From Octopus vulgaris (Eukaryota): DNA of 64,000 nucleotides. The notes below the pieces were generated by a model. That model saw only the letters and a list, made by a program, of their open reading frames with translations. It ran no database searches and was not told the origin of the DNA. Below, piece by piece: positions 1 to 11,721 of the stretch. The stretch lies in assembly GCA_951406725.2 (NCBI GenBank), contig OX597818.1, forward strand, positions 105,152,001 through 105,216,000. The letters are read 5' to 3'. Position 1 is the first letter of the stretch; each line of letters opens with the position of its first letter. Position numbers and translations under genes: made by a program.

Positions 1-471
1 TGAATTTTGGTCTGTCAAAAGGGTAAAAGATAAAGTTGATCTCAGGATTTTAGTTTTGATTTCCTTGCTGTAGCGGCAAGGAGCAGGTTGAATCATTAGA
101 GTGAAAGATAGAAAATCTTAAAATATTTGTTGCAGCCTTCTGAGGTCCAACCTATTTGTCATTCTTTCAGGGTCAATAAAATAAAGTACAAGTTTAGTGT
201 AAGAATGATTATTGTCATTATTTTTATTACAGCAACAAGCTAGCAGAATCATTTTACATGCAGGACAAAATGCTTTGCGGTTTATTATTTGAAGTCTTTA
301 TATTCTGCCTTCAAATGCCACTGAGGTCAGCTTTGCCTTTCAGTCTTTCAGGGCCAATGAAATATGTACCAGTTGAGCACTTGAGTTGACGTAATCAACT
401 TCCTAGTCTCATCAAAACTATTGGCCCTTTGACAAAATTTGAAACCTATTATTATTATTATTATTATTATT

Positions 472-1269
472 GAGTGAGAGAGCAGTTCATGCCATCAAAG
501 TGACACTGGGGTAAAATATACGAAGCCCAATATACCCATCATGACTACCCGTCTGATAAAGGTACACCAGGCACATGCATCACAACCATATGTGCGCGAC
601 ATGGTGATCTCATATCAAGATAAACAGCACATGACCTTGCAGGTGGGGCCCAGTTAGAATTTTCTTCAGGTTGAGTAGCCCATCCCGCTCAAACGGTCCC
701 TGAATAAGGGTTGTTTAAGGATGTTGAAAGAACCACCCATGTTTCCAGAGGTGAACTATTCAAACCCCAAAGAATCCCTCTCAACACATGGCTATGATGC
801 TCCCCCACTACTTCTGCTCGTGATCAGAGATGCACATATCATCAGCCACTAAGGGACATGCTCAACTGGTTAAGGTCAAACAACTGACAAGCAAATCTGT
901 GGTATTGAGCAGAATATTTGCTGTAGCCCATCTTTTATACCAAGACAAAACAATGTACATGATAACACTTCCAATTATTATTATTATTATTATTATTATC
1001 ATTATTATTATTATTATTATTTGGCCAGCGAGCTGGCAAACAAGGCGGCGAGCTGGCAGACAGGGCAGTGAGCTGGCAGAGTTGTTAGCACACTGGACGA
1101 AATGCTTAACAGCATTTCGCCTGTCACTACATTCTGAGTTCAAATTACACCAAGGTTGACTTTGCCTTTCAACCTTTTGATAAATTAAGCACTAGTTGCA
1201 TACTGGGGTTGACCTAATCGACTGACCCCCTTCCCCCAAAATTTCAAGCCTTCTGCCTATAGTAGAAAG

Positions 1270-1301
<32 letters not shown>

Positions 1302-2073
1302 GTGAGAGAGCAGTGCACGCCATCAAAGTGAGACTAGGGTACAAATATACAAAGCCCAATATACCCATTATGACTACCTGCCTGATAAGGGTACACCAGG
1401 CACATGCATCATAACCATATATGTGTGTCATAATGATTTCATATCAAGATAAACAGTGCATGACCTTGGAGGTGAGGCCTGGTTACAATTTTCAAGTTGA
1501 GTAGCCCATCCTGATCAAAAGGCCCCTGAATAAGGATTGTTTAAGGATTTTGAACAAAACATCCATGATTCCAGAGGTGAATTATTCAAACCCCAAAGTA
1601 TTCCTCTCAACACATGGCTATGATGCTCCCCCACTACTTCTGCTTATGATCAGAGATGCACATATTGTCAGCCACCAAGGGACATGCCCAACTGGTTAAG
1701 ATCAAGCAACTGACAAGCAAATCTGTGGTACTGAGCAGAATATTTGCTGCAGCCCACATTTTACACCAAGGCAAAACATATAGATGATAACGCTTCCAAT
1801 CAGTTAAGATCAGAAGCCATGAGAGTCAGTGCCTGGTATTGCACCAGGGCATTTATTATTATTACTATTATTGAGTGAGAGAGCAGTGCATGCCATCAAA
1901 GTGACACTGGGGTAAAACATATGAAGCCCAGTACACCCATCATAACTACCCGTTTGATAAGGGTACACCAGGCACATGCATCACAACCATATGTGCACGA
2001 CATGGTGATCTCATATCAAGATAAACAGCACATGACCTTGCAGGTGGGGCCCAGTTAAAATTTTCTTCTGGTC
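472..2073. repeat. Three copies of an approximately 550-bp (TTA)n-associated interspersed repeat (472-975, 1301-1852, 1872-2073)
   Basis: All copies begin gtgagagagcagt.ca.gccatcaaagtga.act.gggta right after an (ATT)n tract and are collinear. Right ends differ. Confidence 0.85.
1044..1272 (+). mobile_element. tRNA-derived SINE with (ATT)n tail; further copies at about 230-447, 9770-9975, 10812-11035, 11880-12090, 14300-14510 and 27420-27560
   Basis: A-box-like gagctggcaga, B-box gagttcaaatt, central gttgactttgcctttcatcc..gataaa.taagtac (resembles the Meta-SINE central domain from memory), tail gtgcctatagtagaaag.ttatt. Confidence 0.8.
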
Positions 2074-2559
2074 GAACATTTCAGGCCTTGTGCCTATAGC
2101 TGAAAGGATTACACAAGTCTGCATTTTAAAATGAAGTGAAAGATGATTGTCTACTTACAGGTGATTCTGACCTATTTTTTAAAGCTGATTTCAAATGTTT
2201 TTAGTTTTTGCCTATCATGTACAGATTTTGCACTGATGGCTGCCAAAGATATGATGATTTTTCTTGTCATTCCCTTTTGTGGCAGACTTTTAGATAAAAG
2301 TATGATGAGATTAAGAACAAATGACATGGTAAATGTATTAAAAAATATATTTAGTATATATGTAGGCCTACATACTATTTATATCATCATCATCATCATC
2401 ATCAGAAGAAGAAGAAGAAGAAGAAGAAGAAGAGAGATGTTGAATGATGATGATGATGATGATGATATGAATTAGTATATTGACTAAATATATTTTTTTA
2501 ATGTACTTACCATGACTTTAAAGTAATTTTACTCCTTTTCAATTTTTCTTTACTTTGAT

Positions 2560-3796
2560 TTTCTTCCAGCTTTTGGTAGTTGCTTGCAGTCTCTCTTTAG
2601 GGTCCAGTACTAATTCACCATCATGTTCACATTCCACTCCCCTGGTACCTCCACTCCATTTTTTTTAATGTCGTGGTGAAATCACTCACCATGCTCTTCA
2701 CTTAGATTGCCAAGGTACTCTGGGAAATAGTCGAGGTGTCAGTGAAGAAAGTGCATTTTAACATTCATGTTGCACTCAAGCTTTTTGAAGTTTTGCAACT
2801 CAGTATCAACTATAACTTTGTAATTTGAACACTTATTGTTTCCCAAAAAGTTCTAGACAACACACTTGAAGCTCACCCATGCCTGTTTTAGAGATTCATT
2901 CATGGATTTCTCATAATCTGGACCAACAAATATTCCTGCTTTAATTTTCTCACTGGTTATATTTGGGAATATATTTCTGAGATACTGCAAACATGGTTCA
3001 TCTGCAGGCAAAGATTTAACAAAATGTTTCATCAAATCCAGTTTGATGTGCAAAGGTGGTAGCAGTACTTTTGTAGGTTCAATCAAGGGCCTGTGCAGAA
3101 TGGTTTTGGATCCTAGGTAACAAACTTCTCCTTTGTGGCCAGTTTTTATCCATACAGTGTTTTTCTTTAGCTCTGTTGTCCCATTCACATAAAAAAAACA
3201 TTGCATTTTTGTGTAGCCTGGCTGCTGACCTAAAAGCATGCCTAAAATTTTGAAATCTCTGCACACTTGCCAGTGGTATTCTGCATACTTTATATTTGAC
3301 AAAAGATTTTTTTTACATTTTTATACGTCTCCTTTAGTTGTACAGAATGTGCCACTGGAATAGATGAATATTTATTTCTATTGTGTAGCAAGACAGCCTT
3401 CAAACTCCTTTTAGAGGAATCAATGAATAGCCTACATTCTGAAGGATTACTCTTGATCTCAAAATAGTTTAGCAGGTTTGGAATATTATAGCAAAACACC
3501 ACTGATTCATACACAGCAAAGAATGGTAACAACTCGTGTTCCCTGTGACAATACCAAGAGAAGAGGGTTCCCTGTAACAAAAGCTTTTTCATTTTTAGCC
3601 TTGAACCAAGTTCCACTGCATCCTTTGGAGGGTTCATATCTTTCACCAAATGATTGAGCTTTTCCTGTGTAAATAACTGCAGACTTTCGATTTTGTCAGG
3701 AGTGTAGTCATCACTTTATTCTTCACATTTGTATTCATCACTATCTGATGTAACATTCTTCAAAGCAAGTGGGGTGAGAGGAACTGGAATGTCAAT
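2560..3796 (-). pseudogene. Chapaev3 transposase pseudogene, catalytic part
   Basis: Motifs LFIDSSKRSLKAVLLHN, LLGQQPGYTK, LPPLHIKL, KIKAGIFVGP, HFLH*HLDYFPE and SEEHGE*FHHD, with stops and frameshifts. Confidence 0.85.
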
Positions 3797-4333
3797 TCCT
3801 GATTATTCAGGTCATGCCACAGAGGCACACCTTTTGTAACATTTCTACTGTGCACTCTATTCCAATTTCCTTCATATTCTTCTTAATGCCTTCTGAACCA
3901 AACAATAATTGGCACTATCTTCACCTTCTACATTTTCCATAGCCAGGCTATTTCGCACTTAAGAGGGTTGTATTTATCTATTTTTTTGCCTTCCTTCTTG
4001 ACTATTCATGTTTCCAAGGAGCACACATCAGCTATATAGTACATGTGATGCAACTTGTTGACCACCACTGCCCCAGTCTGTTATGCTCTAACACCTGATC
4101 TGATTGGATTGAGAAATACCAGAAGATTTTGCAAGTCTCCAAGTCTGTCACTCTCTGCGGTTTGTACTCATACCATGTCTTGCCTCTCTCTAGCCCCCAC
4201 TTTTTGCTCAGTTTCCAATGTAGCACTTTGATAACCTTATGTTGCCACAGCTTGTAGTGGTTTGGGGCAATTCTAGGGCATTTGTTAGTGATATAGGCAA
4301 TGCTCATTCCTAAGGTCAGTGACACTTACTAAT

Positions 4334-4337
<4 letters not shown>
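3797..4337 (-). mobile_element. Degenerate 3' fragment of a second R4/Dong-like LINE family
   Basis: Endonuclease-domain remnant HWKLSKKWGL..WYEYKPQRV..KIFWYFSIQSD. Same family as 10055-10750. Confidence 0.75.
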
Positions 4338-4368
<31 letters not shown>

Positions 4369-4371
<3 letters not shown>

Positions 4372-7300
4372 TAGTTTTATTTTTACAGCATGCTTTCACT
4401 TCACTACCGAGCGCAGCTCTGTGTGCCTTGGGTATGTGCTGTGATTTGTTGTGATGCTCTGATGGTTATTGTATGGAAAGTGTTCTGCGTAGGATGTGTG
4501 CAGTGCCTAGTAGTGCAATTTTCTGTATGTTATATGTGTTTGTAAGTCCTGGTGTTTTTGTTATGTATTTGTCTGAATATTTTTTTATCATGCCTAATGC
4601 ACCTACTATGATAGGAATTGTTTCTGTTTTTAGATTCCACATTCTGGTTACCTCTATTTCCAGGTCTTTGTATTTTGAAAGTTTCTCCATTTCTTTTAGA
4701 GACACGTTGTCATCTGCCAGTATTGATACATCAATTAGAAAGCATTTTTTTTCTTCATGATCTCTGACAACTATATCTGGTCTGTTGGCCTTAATTTCTC
4801 TATCTGTGTGTATCGGCATATCCCAGAGTATGGTTGCTTTCTCGTTTTCTGTGACCTTTTCTGGTGTGTGCCTATACCATCTTTTTTCTGTTGTTATTCC
4901 ATAATGTTGGCATAGCTTCCAGTGTATGTAGGTTCCAACTCTGTCATGTCTGTGAATATATTCCTTCTTAGCCAGGACTGGGCAGCCAGAGATAATATGA
5001 TTTATTGTTTCTTGTCCATCTCCACATATTCTGCAGTTACTAGTTATATTTCTTTTCATTACATGTTTTTGGTAATTTCTGGTGGGGAGGCTTTGGTCTT
5101 GTGTTACAATTAAAAATCCCTCTGTCTCTGCTTTGAGTCCTGAGCTTCTCAACCATTGCTGGGATTTTTCTTTGTCTATTTCTTTTGCGTTTAGTTTAGT
5201 CCAGTATTTACCATGAAGGGGCTTTTCTTGCCATCGTTTTATCATGGTTCGTTGCTGTTCTATTTTTAGTTTGGATTTCATTTGTTTTATAGCTTTTGCT
5301 GTTTCTTCATCTTCTTCTTCTTCTTCTTTTTCATATTAATTAGGTGGTATGATTTCTTGTTTGTATTTGTCAGCTTCCTTAAATACTGAGAACAGTTTTT
5401 TGTTTTGCTCATGTTTTGCCGCTATTTGTATCAGTTTTCCTTCCTTCTGAAGTAGATATTTTTGCAGTCCTATGGTGGTTATTTTATAGTAGTTTTCCAG
5501 CTGTATAAGGCCTCTACCACCTTCTATACGTTGTATATATAGTCTTTCTATGTCATATTTTGGGTGATGCATCCTAGATCCTGTCATTATTTTTCTTGTT
5601 TTCCTATCTATTTTGGTCAGTTCATTTAGTGTCCAGTTAAGGATATTGTAGCTGTAACTTATAACTGGGACAGCTAAAGTGTTAATACCTATTATCTTGT
5701 TTTTAGCATTGAGCTCTGTTTTTAGTATTGATCTAACTCGTCTATAATATTCTTTTTTTATTTTCTCTTTCATTTGTGTGTGTTGTGTCTTATCTAGTTC
5801 ATGGATTCCTAAGTATTTGTAAGTTTGGCTTTGGTCTAATTCTTTTATTTCATTGGTTTTATCTAGTGTGATGTTGCTACTCTTAACTAGTTTTCCTCTT
5901 TTCATGGTTACTTTGGCGCATTTTTCTAATCCAAATTTCATATCTATTTCTTTGGTAAATCCATGAACTGTCTTTAATAGTGTTTCCAGCTGTTTGTCAT
6001 TTGCAGCGTATAGTTTTAGATCATCCATATATAAAAGGTGGCTGATCGTTTTGCCATAACATTTATATCCGCATCCAGTTCTATTTAGCATATCAGATAG
6101 AGGTGACAATGCCAAGCAGAAAAGGAGTGGAGAGAGCGTGTCTCCCTGGAATATTCCTCTTCTAATGGTGATGGCTTTGGTTTTCATGAGTCCCTCTTTT
6201 GTTTGGAGCTGTAGCACTATTTGCCATTTATTCATAGAGTGCCCTATGAATTTTATAATTGTTGGTGCTACTTTGTTAATGGCTAGTGTTTCGAGGATCC
6301 ATGTATGGGGGATGCTATCAAATGCCTTTTTGTAGTCGATCCAGGCCATACTGAGGCCTTTCTTCTTTCTGTAGCTGTCTTCAGTTATGGCTTTATTAAT
6401 CATTAGTTGATCTTTACAGCCATATGAGCCTTTGTGGCATCCTTTCTGCTCTTCTAGAAACAGGTTGTTTTCGTCTAGGTGCTTGTTCAACCTTTGCGAT
6501 ATCACTGCAGTAAATGCCTTGTACATTGTAGGGAGGCAGGTTATTGGTCTGTAGTTTTCTGGTTTTGCTGTCTCATTTGATTTGGGAATTAAGATGGTTT
6601 TCCCCTTCGTGAGCCATTCAGGCATTGTCTCTGGCTCTGCTAGTATGTTGTTAAAGTTTTCAGCCAGCTTTTTGTGTATTCCTGGTAGATATTTCAACCA
6701 GAAGTTGGGGATCTTGTCATGCCCAGGTGCCTTCCAGTTGCTTAGTCTTTGCAGTGCCTGGGTGACCTCTTCAGTTGTTATGGGGGTCGAAGTTGCTCAG
6801 ATGCTGAGTTTGTTGTTTTGATACTCCTTTTTTTTGGTTGTTCGTTTGCTGACCATATTTCTCTCCAGAATTCTTCCACTTCTTCTGCTGTTGGTGCTGC
6901 AGTGATTTCTATTGTATTTTGGCTAAGTTCTTGGTAGAACTTTTTGGGGTTGGAGTTGAACTTTTTGTTTTGTTCAAAGAAGCGCTGGCGTTTCTCGTAC
7001 CGGCGGATCCTTTGTGCTTTGGCAAGGATATCTTGCTTCAGCTTTTCTTTTATCTCAGGTAAATCCTTTTCTGTGATGTTATATTTGCAGAGTATTTTTG
7101 TTTTCTTTTTGCTGCTCAGTAGCGTTGGTTGTCTACTGATTTCATTAAGAATCGACAGATCTTTTCTCATTTTTTGTATTTTGTTTTGGATGTTATTTAT
7201 CCACAGGGTTTGTTTGGGTGGTGGTACTCCTGTTTGGATGGGTTTGAGTGAGTATCCAGCTTCTTTTGTGGCTGCTGTGTATACTAAGTCATTTAGCTCA

Positions 7301-7500
7301 GTGATATCGCTTTTTGTTTCAGTGGCTATTAGTTCCGTGACAGCTAGGTTTATGCTGTTTATAATTGGTGTTGTTGTTTTGTCTATTTTGATTTTTGGGA
7401 GGTATGGTCGGTGGTCCATTTTGAGCTCTGTGGTTTTCAGTTCTTTGATTATTTTACTTTTTATATTATCATAATCATTAGGCTCCCTTTCTTTGTTTCC
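4369..7500 (-). mobile_element. R4/Dong-clade non-LTR retrotransposon (RT plus CCHC plus restriction-like endonuclease), 5'-truncated, nearly intact
   Basis: ORF pieces 7419-6778, 6697-5336 and 5281-4466 carry RT motifs (NYRPITCL, WIDYKKAFDS, GIFQGDTLSPLLF, LYMDD), a CRIC..ETINHIISGC zinc knuckle, RHD and RPD..D..K endonuclease motifs. One in-frame stop at 5336 and one frameshift near 6830. Flanked by (TAA)n on both sides. Confidence 0.92.
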
Positions 7501-7502
7501 AG

Positions 7503-7534
<32 letters not shown>

Positions 7535-7574
7535 CATTATTATTATTATTATTATATAATATCATATATAATCA

Positions 7575-7918
7575 AGGGAATACTATGATACACTATCTTA
7601 TGTTTATTTTTTGCATTGTGCCCATCAACTTCAGTAATGAAGAGATAACAATTTTCAGCATGGTTACTCAGCTCTCACCCCACCAAAGGGCATTTCTTTG
7701 TTCTTACTGACTTTCCAGAATCTCAGCCCTTGCACACAAATGTAACATACTTTGAGTGGCGTTTGTCTTCATCACAGAGTTCAACACCAAGATAAGTGAA
7801 ATATAGATTTTTTTACAAGACCAGTTATATTTTGTCTCTGCTTAATGACAACATATCTGCCACAAATGTAGCAGAATATGTCTGGATTGTTCACACACTG
7901 ATGTTTATATGTATTCAT
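7575..7918 (-). pseudogene. Chapaev3 transposase pseudogene, N-terminal part
   Basis: Minus-strand ATG at 7918 gives MNTYKHQCVNNPDIFCYICGRYVVIKQRQNITGLVKK, the Cys-rich Chapaev N-terminus. It is then frameshifted up to the insertion point. Confidence 0.75.
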
Positions 7919-8031
7919 TTTAAATGAAGTTTATAAGTAAATATCACCAATGACTGACCTCTGGAACTACTAAAACAACACTAAAGCATCAGTTAGCGAG
8001 TGTGTACACAGCTTTTCATGGTCACATTGTC

Positions 8032-8713
8032 TGTCAGAGTTGCCAACGATGTGATTGTGCAATGTCACATTCGAGAAGAGTACAACTGTCAAGCAGATCT
8101 GTAATTAAGATCGTTCCGCCAACTTCCCTAAATAGGGAGGAGCGAGCCTGTTTTCTCTTGGTAGTTGCTGTTGCAAAAGAGGTAGTATGGAAGACAAGAG
8201 TGAAAGGAATTGCAACAAGCATGTTCATCTCCATTGCAACAGGCATGTTCATCTCCATTGCAACAGGCATGTTCATCGAGCTAATCGACTTTTTTGTTTT
8301 CCACATGAAACGGAAAATAAGGCTGGAGAAGAAATGCCTGTCACAAAGTGTGTTTTGTAAAAGATGGAAGTCTATAGTAAGTATGTTGTGAGAGAAAGAA
8401 CTTGTTTAAACGAGAATATAAAAAGGAGAAAGCAAAGTCTTCAGTGTGAGTATGTGGTTTGTGGGGTCGGCCGCGTCCTCTGCTTCATTTTTTGTAAATC
8501 ACTCATTCTCATTTAATTGTATATATTTTAATAGTTTGTTTATTCATACATTTCATCTCATTCAATACCCTGACCCGAATGTTTGTTTTGTCTGTCCTCG
8601 TATCGTCCCCTTTTTCTCAACCTCATGGTTAATAAAGAAATTGACAGTTTAATAAACTTTACATTGGTTGTTATTTTACTTTTACTAATATTAGATCAGC
8701 ATTGGTTTATAAC
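8032..8713 (+). mobile_element. LTR-like (possible solo LTR) insertion inside the Chapaev3 element
   Basis: Starts tgtca, has tataaaa at about 8417 and aataaa at 8631 and 8651, and an internal 24-bp tandem repeat. No convincing TSD, so boundaries are uncertain. Confidence 0.35.
8209..8277. repeat. 24-bp tandem repeat, about 2.9 copies
   Basis: Unit attgcaacaggcatgttcatctcc. Confidence 0.9.
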
Positions 8714-8845
8714 GATCTGTTGAGCAAAATAAATCAGATAATCATTGTCATCTGATTTTCTGATACCATAATACAGTGAAAAAACAAAACTTTATTCCAG
8801 AAAAACTAGATGTGATGGAGAAAAACTAATAACAGATCTGAAATC

Positions 8846-9679
8846 GGATCTTTTCCTTTTGAACGGCAGTTTGTAACATAATTTCTAGATAACTAAAAAG
8901 TTTTGAAATTCGTATACTGGTAGAATGTGTTTATAAAACATCATTTTCTCTTGGCTTTATTGAGAAAATTCTATAGGTTGTAAGATATTTCGTCTTTAAT
9001 TTCAAGCATTTCGGCAATTTTAACCAATCGCTGGAGTCCATTTAGGTAAATAACATTCTGTGCATAATGAATATGTCCCTCCTTTAAGAAACAGATTGGG
9101 TTTATTTTACATTTGTGAAGAAAAAAAGATACCCTTCCCCAACCCCTAACCCTAACCCTAACTAACCTTAACCCTAAATCTAAAATAGATTGAAATGCAA
9201 TAGATCGATACTAGGGTTATAATTATGGGTGACATTTTCATTTGACACCGCTAGAAAAAAATCCCATTTTCCGTAGCGGTGTCGTATGAAATTGTCACCC
9301 ATAATTATAACCCTAGTATCGATCTATTGCATTTCAATCTATTTTAGATTTAGGGTTAGTTAGGTTTAGGGTTAGGGTTAGGGGTGGGGGAAGGGTATCT
9401 TTTTTCTTCACAAATGTAAATAAACCCAATCTGTTTCTTAAAGGAGGGACATATTCATTATGCACAGAATGTTGTTTACCTAAATGAAGGTAATCGATTG
9501 GTTAAAATTGCTGAAATACTCGAAATTAAAGACGAAATATGTTACAACATACAGAATTTTCTCAATAAAGCCAAGAAAAAATGATGTTTTATAAACACAT
9601 TCTACCAGTATACGAAGTTTAAAAGTGTTTAGTTAACTAGAAATTGTGTTGAAAAGTGCCGTTCAAAAGGAAAAGATCC
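8846..9679. mobile_element. Foldback MITE, copy 1 (about 410-bp arms, 8-bp TSD, internal telomere-like repeats)
   Basis: Termini ggatcttttccttttgaacggca...tgccgttcaaaaggaaaagatcc. Perfect TSD ctgaaatc at 8838-8845 and 9680-9687. Confidence 0.93.
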
Positions 9680-9972
9680 CTGAAATCAGCATAAAAAATT
9701 GTTATAAAAAGTTATGTACACATTTAAACATAAAAAATCATGCAGACTTGTGTTATCATTATTATTATTACAGCACTAGCTGGCAGAATCATTTGAACAC
9801 TGGGCAAAACGCTTAGCAGCATTTCAACTGTCATTACATTCTGAGTTCAACTTCCATTGAGGTTGACTTCACCTTTCATCTTCATGTGGTCGATAAAATA
9901 AGTACCAGTTAAATGCTGCGGCTGATGTAATTGACTTATTTCCTCTTCTGAAACTGCTGGCCTTGTGCCAAA

Positions 9973-10004
<32 letters not shown>

Positions 10005-10054
10005 CATTATTATTATTATTATTATCATTATTATTATCATCATTATTATTATTT

Positions 10055-10750
10055 CTTTTTATCTCAGGTTTTGTTGGTACTCCTGGAGTCTTGCATGTGT
10101 AGTGGGCTTGCTGCCTGCAGCCTATGGTACCATACTATCGATTAACTAATACTTTCCTGATTATTCTGGTTATGCCATGGAGGCAAACCTTTTGTAACAG
10201 TTCTACTGTGCACTCTATTCCAATTTCCTTTATATTCTTCTTGATGCCTTCTGAACCAAACAATAATTGGCACTATCTTCACCTTCTTCATTTTCCATAC
10301 CCAGGCTATTTTGTACTTAAGAGGGTTGTATTTATCTATTTTTTTGCCTTCCTTCTTGACTATTCATGTGTCAGAGGGGCACACATCAACTATATAGCAT
10401 ATGTAGTGCATCTTGTTGACCACCACTACACCCAGTCTGTTATGCTCTAACACCTGATCTGTTTGAATTGAAAAATCCGAGAAGATTTTGCAAGTCTCCA
10501 AGTCTGCCACTTTCTGTGGTTTGTACTCATACCATGTCTTGCCTCTCTCTTAGCCCCCACTTTTTGCACAGTTTCCAATGTAGCACTTTGATAACCTTAT
10601 CGTGTTGCCACAGCTTGTAGTGGTTTTGGACAATTCTAAGGCATTCATTGGTGATATAAGCAATGGTTTTGTCCACTCTATTACAGATGTTGCACAGCGG
10701 AGATATTTGCTCGTTCTTAAGGTCAATGACACTTGCTCATTTATTCATTC
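10055..10750 (-). mobile_element. Degenerate 3' fragment of R4/Dong-like LINE between two (TTA)n arrays
   Basis: Long collinear similarity to 3797-4337. Flanked by (TTA)n at 9974-10052 and 10758-10810. Confidence 0.75.
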
Positions 10751-10756
10751 ATTATA

Positions 10757-10807
<51 letters not shown>

Positions 10808-11084
10808 TATTAAGCAGTGAGCTGGCAGAATTGCTAGCATGCTGGACAATGTGCTTCGCAAAATTTTATCTGTCCCTACACATCTAAGCTCAAATTCTGT
10901 TGAGATTGAATTTGCCTTTCATCTTCTCAGGATGAATAAGATACTTATTAGTTGAGCATTGAGGTTGATGTAATCGACTAGTACTCTATCCCGCCAAAAA
11001 AAAAATTCAGGCCTTGTGCCTTTAGTAGAAAGAAATTTTATTTAGTAGAAAATTTTTTTTATAATTATCATTATTATTTACTTT

Positions 11085-11672
11085 TAATCTGCATGTTTGT
11101 TACAATCACTTGCTAAAATACACACAGAGTCTTAGAGTGAGTGAAAGATAAGAGATTTTACAGTATGACTGTAGGCTTGGGGAGAAGTGGCAGGGACAGT
11201 AGCAAAATATCTCCACGTAATACATCACAGACATTTACATTGATAGGCTTTTTCTAAGGATGTGGGAGTACTTGTTAGCACTATCTTTTCAATTTCTCTG
11301 AGACATGGGTCTCCTGGGATGTTATCTAGATGTTTCTGACATCCCTTCTTTATCATACCTAAGGCACCTACAGTAACAGGGACAGTTCTTGTTTTAAGAT
11401 GCCACATCTTTTGTATTTCAATTTCCAGGTCCTTATATTTACTTAATTTGTCAAATTCCTTTACAGATATATTTTTATCAGTGGGAACACATCTATTAGT
11501 CTACAAGTATTTTCTTCTCTGTCTTTAACGACTATATCTGGTTGATTAGCCTTGATCATCCTGTTGATGTTGACTGGAAAATCCCTGAAGATAGTGACAT
11601 TTTTACCTTCAATGACTGGCCCAGGATGGTGTTCATACTAGTAAGCAGGAGTGCTGATTTTGTAGTGTTTAC
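11085..11672 (-). mobile_element. Degenerate 3' fragment of a third R4/Dong-like LINE
   Basis: Reads KFDKLSKYKDLEIEIQKMWHLKTRTVPVTVGALGMIKK, homologous to the C-terminus of the 4466-5281 ORF. (TTA)n on both sides. Confidence 0.8.
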
Positions 11673-11673
11673 A

Positions 11674-11721
<48 letters not shown>

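Larger units (their letters stand above)
2112..9752 (-). mobile_element. Chapaev3-type (CMC superfamily) DNA transposon with both ends, transposase decayed, interrupted by nested insertions
   Basis: TIR cacaagtctgcat (2112-2124) / atgcagacttgtg (9740-9752), TTA TSD on both sides, imperfect sub-terminal inverted similarity, and transposase motifs inside. Confidence 0.85.

Noticed and set aside
830-1159. ORFs with poly-Ile, poly-Tyr or poly-Asn runs (also 2143, 7411, 9963, 10663, 11542, 13938, 14115)
   Set aside because: Translations of (ATT)n and related microsatellites plus SINE sequence; no coding signal.
8209-8277. 24-bp repeats as a CRISPR-like array
   Set aside because: Head-to-tail tandem units with no spacers, in eukaryotic DNA.
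9132-9395. CCCTAA/TTAGGG tracts as a chromosome fusion scar or true telomere
   Set aside because: Short, degenerate, and part of a MITE with a perfect TSD that recurs at 19391-20184.
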